A stretch of 63,665 nt of DNA, filler included, from Klebsormidium nitens (taxonomy: Eukaryota; Plantae; Klebsormidiophyceae): assembly GCA_000708835.1 (NCBI GenBank). It is 5 parts of 5 records of this genome, joined end to end, with 100 filler letters (N's around TTAATTAATTAA, not from the genome) between each part and the next. Parts side by side here need not be neighbours in the genome. Positions count along the whole stretch, not along the records: positions 1 to 23,699 come from DF237879.1; 4 more parts are not named here. One strand, 5' to 3'. Both the position numbers and the translations under genes were made by a program. Shown here one piece after another: positions 1 to 10,085 of this stretch. Below the pieces are notes generated by a model that was given only the letters and a program-made list of their open reading frames with translations, was not told the origin of the DNA and did no database searches. Numbering within the stretch: the first letter of the stretch is position 1; the number at the start of each line of letters is the position of its first letter.

Positions 1-1988
1 ATAGCTCCTATAGGCTGAGAGTCAGCTTTGTAGGGCCTACAGGCCTTGTTTTTGACGGTTTTCCGAGCTGGAAAAGGGAGCGCGTTTCCACGGGGCCTGT
101 TTCTAGCGGCCAGGCTTGACACCGCTGGATTTGGTGAAGGTTTGATAAAGATTCCAGATGGAGCCTAACCACTATTTCGAATGTTCAAGAAGATGCGCCC
201 CAAAGTCGCAGTTTGAATTTCACGATCTCGACGACCGTTCGCAAGTTATGCCACATCAGCATTTTATTATGCCCGATTATAAAGTCTGGGTGGTGGTTTA
301 AATGTGCAGTTCTATAGCCATCTTTTGAGGCCTATTTAGGGCAAAAATGCTATAAAATGGCAATATTTGGGGCGAAATGACATTTTTTCCGTGGGAATAT
401 TCTCCGAAGTACCCACAGAGTTCCCACATCGCTCCGGAGTTCCGCCGGCCGAAAATCACGATATCGACCGAATATGCTACGGCGCGCGCCCGAAAGAAAT
501 CGGTCTGCGGCAAATTTCCGCCGGGCTAAAAAGCACCGTAATTGTCCCGTGTGGCATTATACATCGTAATTTCAGAAATATGTACACTTACGTAAACTCC
601 GTTGTCTAGTGTGACGTGCCAGTTTAACCCGATTTCCCTGGCTGTACCGCGACGTGCTACAGTTCCGTGCAACCTGCACTATGAGGATACCAATATGTTC
701 TGTCTGAGGACGGCCCGCCCCGGCGGGTCAATCAATGGACTTTAATAAAGTAGTTCAATGTACGGAGTCCCTGCAGAAACTGAAAATAGAGACCGGGGCA
801 CCCTCCCACCCACCCCTTCTGTTACGGGCTCAACCCGTAAGTTGGGCCGACTAGTTGCGGAAGCTTGGAATGGTCGTGTGGGTGGAAGCTCGACTCAAAC
901 GCGAGAAGTATTTCTGTATTCGGAACTTCGCAATCCAACCCATTTTATAGTAAAGGTTTGCAGGCTAGTGCTGCAGCCTCCTTACTGGCTGGCAGTCTGC
1001 AGTCTTACTTAAAGTGGGCGTCGGGTTAAAAAACCCGATTTCCGGGACCAAATTTGGACATCGGCTCTGCGACTTTGGGCAGATTGACCGAACTGGCAAG
1101 CGCGCTCACCTTGTGAAAATGTTTAGATCCATCTCTTCCCGGTTCGATTCGACAACTTTGACATTTTTGCTCGCTTTCGCCCCTTCCTTTTTGCGGCCTT
1201 CAGCAGCTGACGTAGGATGACGTAGACCCTTCGGAACCGTGGTACCTTCCGGTACCGGACCTCCGGAGAGCATCCGGTCCCTGCCTGAAGGCCTAGGTTC
1301 GGTTGGTACCCGTATTCCTGAACGGTCTTGTACCGCCTGATCAGATTGAAATCCTCGACGTCTGATGACATCTCGGAATTGTCGATCGCAGGCGATGTGA
1401 CCGTCCGATCGGGGTGGACATGCATGTTCTACGCCCACTTTAAGACTGTGGCAGACCACGCAAGGGCGCTCCCCCATACAAGGGCACTGCCCTGTCAGCC
1501 GCCGCGTCACGTATGACAGGCTGGCTTTTGACAGTCTTGCAACCTTGTATTCGGATGGTTCAAGGATCCTTTAAGATTATGCACTTGATCAGTGACCGAA
1601 CGAGTATAGTCTATAGGATTCTTAGTAAGCCGCAGCTTTCTATTGAATCCTAGATGCCTTTAGTCTATTAGTCTATCTCGCTCTTAGGTATGGTCAATAC
1701 ATTCGGTATAGACTAATACTAATCGGCATCATGCCATTATTCTATAGTCAGTATTAGATATACTCTATACATTCCTATTCAGACTATACGTAGATACACT
1801 ATACTAATCGGCATTTGTTCGCGTGGCCTAATAGGCACTATAAAAGTATACTACTAGGGAATCTTAATAGAAGACGTATCTTAGTAGCATTACTACCGAA
1901 GTGTATTGCTACTATGTAGTCTTACTATATAAGAGACCTTTGATTAGTAGTATTTCCTATAGTCGGGCCTTTTCTTAGTAGTATTAGT

Positions 1989-2964
1989 TGTTGCCTTAAA
2001 GTCTGAAAGGTCTCAAAAAGTGAAGTGGTCTCGTGGCTCGTGTCAAAAGTCTCTTACAAGTCAAAATGGGCTGAGAACCAGGCTGTTTAGCCTGCGCACT
2101 GTAGGCCCCGGCAGTATTGCCTAGCAAGCAGTTCCGTTCCGTTCTGTAATGTTCCGTTTGGTCCGTTTTGGTTCGGAGTACAGCGTGGCGGTTTGTCCAG
2201 AGGAGTTCAAGTCGGACGTAGTCCGAGCTGGAGTGGTCGAAGGAAGGGAAGCAAGTGGCGCGTCCAAGACCATGTGCGCAAGTCGAAGTGTCCAAGATCG
2301 GAGTCGCGCACGTGTAGCAGAAGACACGTGGCAGGTTGTAGATAGAGGCGAAAATTGGGGCAGTGACGTCGAGTAGAAAGAAGGAAGGCGAAGGTAGGAA
2401 GGAGCGTTTCGTCTGGTAGTGCATGTAAGAAAGTCCTGGGCCGTAAGACAAGTCAGAAGGGGATAGGATCGAAACTAAGCGTATCATAAAGACGTGTAAT
2501 CAGCTTCGATGCGAAAGTAGGTCCTAGGAGGAGACTTGAGAAGTGTGCAGAAGAAACTCAAGAAGATTGTGACTCGTAGGCTCAGGAAAGAAGATAGGGA
2601 ACAACACAATTCGGGAGGGAAGGAAGAAGCACCACGTTTAGGAGCGCCTCAACTCATTTTCTCTACACGTCTCAAGCTGCTCTCGTTCGTGTCTTGATTC
2701 TGTGCATCATCCAACGCGACAGGCTGCTTGGCGCCTGGCGCGCGCGCGTGCTACGTGACTCATACTCATACAAGTCGAGGGGGAAGCACAGTACCCCTTG
2801 CACTCTCGCAAATCAGCATACAAAGGCGCGAAGTTCAGCAGCGCCTTCTCTGCATACGTTCGTTTTGGCATAGCACTCATTCTGTGGTGAGCCTGAAGGT
2901 TGCGCAAAGACTAGACTACATCAACGGAACCCCCCCTCTCAGTTTTTGAGAGACCGCGCAATCT
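1989..2964 (+). repeat. 5' LTR, lacking the terminal AAGGCAACA of the 3' copy
   Basis: Aligns by eye along its whole length with 12815-13807; matching stops after ...GAGACCGCGCAATCTT. Confidence 0.93.
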
Positions 2965-2981
2965 TGGTTCCGTCCCCGGGA
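2965..2981 (+). promoter_or_regulatory. Primer-binding site, tRNA-Glu-like
   Basis: TGGTTCCGTCCCCGGGA directly follows the LTR; its reverse complement TCCCGGGGACGGAACCA resembles the plant tRNA-Glu 3' end as I recall it (TCCCGGCAACGGAACCA). Confidence 0.7.
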
Positions 2982-3219
2982 TCCATCGCCACAGGAAGTG
3001 CTCTTCCGGTCGTCAAACCGGAGGAGACAGAGTGCGAGCAAAGACGGAAGCGCTCAAGAGACGATTCCAGACTTTACGTGGAGCCTTTCAGCCAAGGTGA
3101 GAAGAACGTGCAAAAAGTCCGAGCATTCCGTTTGTTTGACTTTCTCGGGTAATTTTGGGCTGAATTGTCTGGAAGGTGAGTTTCTCTTGAGGGTTCTTGA
3201 GTTCTGAGCTGAGGCCTTC

Positions 3220-4797
3220 GTGCATGTCGTTAAAAGGATGGGTCCAGACACCAAAGATGGAGAGGGAGTTCGTTCTCCTGAAGCCCAGCAAGGCATTGGC
3301 CTGGCTGATCCGAAAAACCAACCTGAAAGCCCCGAGAACGCCAGTCCTTCTACCAGCCAGCCCTTTCTACCTCAAAATCCAGAAGATAGTGATGAGGAGA
3401 GAATCAAGCAGGGCCTGGACGAGACAGCTGCTCTGAAATATAAAGCTTCCTACTATTATGCTCTCCAGGAAGAAACTGCTAGCTTGAGGGGAAGAATGGA
3501 TACCTTGTCAGCCAAGCTCGAGAGAGCTTCGGAGAAAAGCCTCCAGAAGAAACGCCAGAAGCACAGAATGCTGTCCTTGTAAAGATGATGGCAGATTAGA
3601 TGCAAGCCTTCCAGCAAACCATACAAAGTCAGCTGCAAGCAATGCAACAACAGATTGCTAAAAGTCCAACGAGGATAGAAAGCTACCGGCGTGTCTGCAA
3701 AGCCTGACCTATTGTCACCCCGAGCTGAAACGTCATTCCATGTAGCTCAGCCTGTCCCAAATAGCCCTAGAACTCCTCTCGAAAGTTTCAAGAACAGCCA
3801 AGAAACGTTTGGGACCAGACTTGGACCTTCCTCTCCGTTGCTTCAAGAAAATCCTACAACAAATGTCACAGCCAATCCTCTTTATAATGCCTCGAAGTTG
3901 AATAACATTGGAGCTGAGGCTCCACTAAAGCCCTCTTTTCCTGTGCAGCCAACACCTCCTTTGACCTTCAGCGAGACCCAAGTTCCACGTGTCCAAATTC
4001 CACCCTTAAATCAGATGCCTAAATATGATGGCTCGGAAAAACGATTAGCAGCCACGTCCTGGTTAATTGACTTAGAACAAATGAGGCCTCTCTACAATCT
4101 GCAAGATATTCACATAGTAGCTCTAGCAAGATGCTCTCTCGTCGGAGAAGCCCGCTCGTGGACAGAAACTCAGCCATTTAACCAGACCTGGGCCCAGTTC
4201 AAAAAAGCCTTCTGCCGAGAATGGGGGGAAAGAAATCAAGAGAAGTTGTTCGTTGAGATGCTTAATCATCAGCAGGGAGATTCCTCCGTTGGAGAGTATG
4301 CTACCAATATGTGCAGGTACTTCATGCAATTGGAAGTCTCGGGCGAGAAGCAGAGGGAGTATTTTGTCAAGAATCTCCGACCTGGAATTAAGGAGAGCAC
4401 CTTTTCTCGAAATCCAGTCACTCTTGTCGATGCAGTTGAAGTGGCCCGAGAAGCCGAAAACATGTACTACACTGTCAGCGGGAAGAGAGATGAACGTGGG
4501 ACAGAAGTCAAGGAGATCAAGAAGAAGGTCGAGATGCTCGCCCTTCAAAAAGCCAACTCAAATACTTCAGCTGTAAATGTCCAGGCTTCCTCTTATCCTG
4601 CAGGTCGACCACTTCGATGCCCCAAGTGTTTGCAAGAAGGACATGCGATTCTTAGGCTTTGCAACAATGAACCGAGAGTTCCGTTTCTCCCGTGCTGTAA
4701 CTATTGGGGGAGACATCGGTCAGGAAGCTTGTGTGAAGGTCAACCGATCCCTCCTTTGCCCAATAACCCGAGGAGACAAAATAACCAGCCTAACTGA
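3220..4797 (+). pseudogene. gag: Gag (N-terminal part frameshifted; 3691-4797 open)
   Basis: Retrotransposon gag core (AATSWL...LVGEARSW...TWAQFKKAF) and a CCHC-like knuckle CPKCLQEGHAILRLC. Confidence 0.85.
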
Positions 4798-5170
4798 AAC
4801 ATGATGGAGGAAATTCCCCTTTCTTATACTGATTCGGAAAGTCCAGAAGCTTCTGATGCGAGGCACGAAGTCTTTGCAGGTGAACCTTCGTCCGATTCCG
4901 CTTCTGGAGAAAGTGATTACGTCAGCTCTGACGTAGTATGTCTGATTCAGAAGACGAAGAGATCTTTGCAGGTAAACGGGCCCGGGAAAATGGCGGTCCC
5001 TCCCGTGGTGCTCCTGGAACAGCTCCACCTTCTAAACGTCAAAAAAAGACGCCTCACACAGCTCGCATAAGAAAAACCCGCCTAAACTAGTCAAAAATCC
5101 TCTTTCCGAAGACCAGAAACAGAAGATCCGGGAAACGAAAGCCAAGAACCGAGAGACGCTGTCCGAGCAG

Positions 5171-5937
5171 ATGCAGGGAATCGCGCGAGCACCTTTTAAA
5201 GACTGTTCACAAGCAATTTCGGCGCACCATCATGTAAAACATTTTCGAACAGATCTGCACAGGTACTTGGACAAGCTTCTCTTTCATTCCGTACACGAGA
5301 AGAAGGCGTGCAAGCCCGCGCGCGCGGCAAGTGGACACATGGCAGCAGAAGACGTAGTCGGAACACCTGGGCAGTCTAACGTAGCCGCTTTCACTCACAA
5401 AGAAATTATCGTGAAAGACTCTGTTTCTCCCCAGTCCTTTGTGCAGGATGAAGGTGACGGGACGGATGCGCTGTCCGCCCGCGTCTCGCGCCACGTGGCA
5501 CCAGCAGAATCAAATCTAACTGTGTACTGTGGGCTGCAGAACGCTTTTCGAAAGGATTATCCTATAAGGACGGAAGTCATGGCAGAAATCGAAAGATGTG
5601 GGGAAGTGCGGATAGGTTTGGACTCCGGAGCCACTTTCTCTGGCATCAACTTGAACGTCAAGTCGAGCAAGCGGGGTTTGCGAAAACAGTCAAGCCGACC
5701 AAAATGACCTACAGAACGTCTTCGGGGGAGATTCGGCCAGCCGAAGGAAAGGTGGTAGTCAAGCTGAGAATCGGGTCTCTTATCATCAAAGCTCCGATGG
5801 CCGTAATGCCCCGTGAGTGTTCGTACAACGTTCTGGTTGCTAGTGACATCATGGGACCCTTAGACGTGGACATCTGCCGCAGTCAGGATGCTGTCTTGTT
5901 TCACTTCCAAGTCGTGAATTTGCCATTCCGCTGTTAA
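5171..5937 (+). pseudogene. pol: Aspartic protease region of pol (frameshifted)
   Basis: IGLDSGATFSGI active-site motif; flap TSSGEIRPAEG and YNVLVASD in the next frame. Confidence 0.85.
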
Positions 5938-6291
5938 TGAAGCACACAGAACAGAAGGAAAGCCTTCCCGAAAGTTACTACGTGACTACGGTTGATGACT
6001 ACCCAGGCCCTTGGCTCGATCTGGTGCTCTCGTTTGAGGTTGCAGTCCCAAAAAACGTGAACAGTCCGCAAGCCCTGAAGGCCTAGGCGCCAAACCTGTG
6101 CGATCACGAAAGTTCTTAGAACAAATTCATGATGCTCCGTATATTCACGGGGTAAAGATCCAGTCAGAGCAGGACCTCGAGCTTGCGAGGGTGTGGTGTA
6201 AAGCCAATCATTTGAAGAACGGTCTGATCAAAAAGATTGTCAAGCAGGCGCGGCGTGCTTTACGAGACCCGGCAGTCCAAGGAAAACATGG

Positions 6292-7349
6292 TTGTACCCT
6301 AAAGGAGCGTCAGAACCGCCACCGGAGCTGAAGTTGGTTAGGATTAAACCCGCCTCGGAAACCACCTTCGAAACATACTCTCAACAGTCTAGAAAACAAG
6401 AATACACAGCCGAAGAAGTCGAGAAAATCTTAGCTGAGATTAAGCTAGGTGCAAATCTGACAGACGACCAGAAAGTTGAGTTGTCAGCAATGATCAGGCG
6501 AAATATTCACGCTTTCAGTCGGGATAAAGAGGATTTGGGTTACACTACCCTTATTGAGCATAAAATAGATCTTGTCAATGACACGCCGGTCAAAATGAAG
6601 CCGTTCAAGCTTTCATTCGAAGAACAGAAAGTAGCAGCCGAGTTCGTTCAAAGATTACAAGGAGAGGGCCAAATTCAATACAGCAAGTCTCCCTGGTCTT
6701 CTCCCGCCTTCCTAGTAGTTCCGAAGCCAAAGCCTAGGGAATACCGTTTGGTTTGTGGTTACAGAAGTCTAAACGCCCAGACCGTCCGTGGTCTATGCCC
6801 TTGCCTTTCATGTCCGATCTACAACAGCAATTGGGACAAGCCCGGTTCTTTGCGATGATGGACATCACAAGTGGCTTTTATGGCGTGCCAATGAAAAAGG
6901 AACACAAAGAATATACAGCCTTCTGGTTTCGGAATCTTGGACTATTTGAGTGGTTAGTTATGCCTATGGGTCTGAAGAACTCGCCCGCTACTTTTACCCG
7001 ATTACAAGAGCTTATCTTTCCGCCTCTGCAGTGGAATCGTTTTCTGAAAGTGTTCATTGACGACATGTGCGTGTTTGCGCACACTTTTGATGAGCTTCTG
7101 AGCAACCTTCAAAAAGTATTAGAACGTTTGATCTGGGCCGGTTTGAAGTTGTGTCCCCCAAAGTGTGAATTTGGGTCTGATTCGGTTGATTTTTTGGGTT
7201 ACCGGATCGGGGATGGAAAAATGACCATGTCAAACAAGAAAACAGAAGCCATTCGAAAGATTCTTCCCCCTTCAAATGTTAAGGAATTGCAGCAAGTTTG
7301 GGTCTATGCCAATATTATCGAGTGTTCATTCCAAAGTTTGCTCATATAG
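6292..7349 (+). pseudogene. pol: Gypsy reverse transcriptase (frameshifted)
   Basis: SKSPWSSPAFLV, YRLVCGYRSLN, MDITSGF, MPMGLKNSPATF, VFIDD and FLGY motifs. Confidence 0.95.
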
Positions 7350-7900
7350 CCCGTCCCCTAACTAGACTTCTAGGAAAGAAAGTCAACTTTGAGTGGTCGG
7401 AAGCCTGTCAAAAAGCCTTTGACTTCCTTAAAAATGCTCTTTGCTCTTATCCCATCCTTACCTGCTACAATTCGGAATACCAGTTAGTTCTTGATACGGA
7501 TTATCAAAAGACAGCCATTTCTGCAATACTTGGTATGCGTAATCCCGCACATAAGAAAGAACAAGCCATAGAATACGCTTCTTGTACTCTCAGTCAGTCA
7601 GAACAAAGGATTTCCACTACAGAAGGAGAACTCAGTGCAATTATTTTCGGTTTGCGCCGCTTCTCTGTTTACCTTCGCGGGCGACCTGAGTTCGTGGTTA
7701 GGACTGACCATAGAGCGTTAACCTGGATCGAGATTTTGAATCCCACTTCCGGAAAGTTGGCACGTTGGTTGTATCTAATCAAAGATGAATTCAATTTCAA
7801 AGTGGAGCACAGAGAAGGAAAAAGTCATCTTAATGCAGACGCCTTGTCTCGAGCGGTCGCGGAACATTTGCAAAACAATCCTGAGGTCGAACCCGTCTGA
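7298..7900 (+). pseudogene. pol: Gypsy RNase H
   Basis: LVLDTD...AISAIL, STTEGELSAII, VRTDHRAL, KLARW, NADALSR. Confidence 0.93.
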
Positions 7901-8742
7901 TGTTATCAGCCCTATACTTGCAGATTGGCAAAAGAGTGAGGAGCCAGCGCTTTTTCGAGACCAATGTGCAACTGTTAAGATTTTGCCGGCCATTTCTCAA
8001 AAGTCCATGTCTCGTTGTCTCCACGTCTCGTTTATGACAAACTTTCGTACGTTCTACGATGATGCGCACACCGGCCTGCCTTGGATAGTCATTTGGCATC
8101 CTACGTTTGAGAAACTCCACAGTGCTTGGTTCGGTTACTTTGCAGATCCGGATGATGCCCTGGCCCATCCGGAACTGTATGAGCGGGGACGAGACAATCT
8201 CTGGAAGTTAGCCCGGGGAGAATTGCTGACATTCTCGGAAGCCCAAACGTTTATCCAGTCTGCGATGGAGGTTTGCGAGGACATGGACGTTACAAGTCGA
8301 GGTTGGTTCTGCCTTTCTACTTACATTTTCCTTCTTATGCAGCAGGGCTTGCTTAAGCAAGGACGACACAAGAGCGGTCTACGAAGATACCTTTATACTC
8401 TACACAAAAGCGAACTCGCCCCTGAAGAGTATGCGGAACAAGTGGTTTCAATCAGCGTCAACCTGTCTGAAATGCTTTCGTTGAATTGATAGCCCTCAAA
8501 AGCCTTTATAATAACGTCAGTGTCTCTCATGGTGACGCAGGTTTGCGGTGCCCATGTCCGGAGACAGTCATGAGGATCCAGTCGTCGTGAAAACGTCATC
8601 ACGCTTCGAAGAAGTCTTCGCCGGAGAGAAGCGTAAAAGTCCTTCCCCGCCACGGGACGACCAAGGAGAGGCCAAGCGAAGCGAACCTCTGAAAGGTGAG
8701 CGGTCGGTTTCTCGAAAGTCTAAGTCTTTTCGGAAAAAGTAG
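7900..8742 (+). other. Unidentified coding segment between RNase H and integrase
   Basis: Long open frame (7785-8489) with a W/F/Y-rich helical-looking sequence, then an acidic/basic linker (8548-8742); no motif recognised. Confidence 0.6.
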
Positions 8743-8798
8743 GTCTAGGCTATTCTGATGAAGACCAGCAGCGTAAACGTTAGAAAGATTACCAGGGC

Positions 8799-10061
8799 TT
8801 GCACGAGATACGACACTTTTTAAAGTCATCGGAACTGCCAGCTCGAATCCTGGGAGCGACGACCCGTTACAACTTTAAAAGACGAGCCAGGGACTTCGTA
8901 ATTCTGAATGATGAGCTCTATATAAATGATAGAAAGCATCAGCCCTGTCGAGTCCTTTGGGAGAACGAAGTGCTCCCAACTCTAAAAAGTTGTCACCAGG
9001 AATAGGCTCACTGTCCAAAAGACAAAGGCAAGTTCCGGATTGAGGTGGAAGAAAGGTTCTTCTTTCCTCAGCTTAGTAATATCACAGCAGCCTTTATAGT
9101 TCATGTCCCGACTGTCAAAAAGAAAAAGCCGGCCGTGCAGAGCGCAGTGACCCGGAAATGAATTCGATGCCCCCTGTCTCCCCCTTTTTCAGAGTTCATT
9201 TAGACCTTTGTGGCTACTTTCTGGACGCAAAAAAGAAGAAGAAATATATTGCAGTCGGTATTGACGCTATGACCAAGTTTGCATATGCCCGTGTTCTTCC
9301 CAACCAAAAAGGCAGCTACGGTGGCAAAAGGTTTTAAAGAAGAGATACTGCTGCGACATGGCTGCCCTTTCGAACGGGTTGTTAGTGATAGAGGTACAGA
9401 GTTCCATGAAGAATCTGAAAGTCTACTGCGTGACGAGAAAATGAAACAGATCAGAGTTCGCCCGCGGAATCCAAAAGCCAATGGACAAGTGGAACGTTTC
9501 ATGCAAATACTAAAGTCAACTCTGAGAAGCATGTGTCACCGAAAGCCTACCGATTGGGAAAAACACGTGTCCGCCGTTGTCTTTCAATATAACGTCACTT
9601 CTCAGGAAACTATCAGAATGATTCCGTTTATGTCACGGTGTCTTTATGGTCGTATTCCGATCACACCAGCCGATCAACTTTTCAATTAGTCTTACCGTTC
9701 CTCTTTCTTGGATGCAGAAGTTAACTTTGAGGCACAGCTGGATAGACTGAAGACGTTGGAACATCTACAAAGACAGTCAAACCTTCTAATTGAACAGTCG
9801 CAAATCAAAGAGAAAGAAAATTATGCAGGGTGGAGTCTTAAACATAAACCTCGTTCTGATCCTATAAAGCCAGGCGATCTTGTCATTATGCAAGCAGCTG
9901 GAGCGATCCGAGGGTTCCGACTTCATTGGGACGGTCCGTTTGTCTTTGATGGCTGGTCTGGTCCACCTGAAAACCGAATCGCTATCATTCGAAATCCAGA
10001 TTCCGGGAAGATTTGGACGCGCCCGCAAACCGAAATCCTAAAGTTCACTTCAATGCAGTAA
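8799..10061 (+). pseudogene. pol: DDE integrase with Zn-binding N-terminus and GPF module
   Basis: CHQE*AHC zinc region, RVHLDLCG (D), VVSDRGTEF (D), ANGQVERF (E), WDGPF motif; interrupted by stops and frameshifts. Confidence 0.92.
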
Positions 10062-10085
10062 TTTCTGGATACTCACATTTTTCCG

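Noticed and set aside
1-1500. Short ORFs or possible transposon terminus at the window start
   Set aside because: No recognisable domain or paired terminal repeat.
1996-2949. ORFs within the LTRs (also 12947-13749)
   Set aside because: No motifs, and not preserved between the two LTR copies.
8330-8440. Tyrosine recombinase in the Gypsy element (HKSGLR...LHKS...EEY), which would explain the split repeats
   Set aside because: Spacing does not fit R-K-HxxR-H/W-Y. The DDE integrase, TG...CA ends and TSD point to DDE integration.
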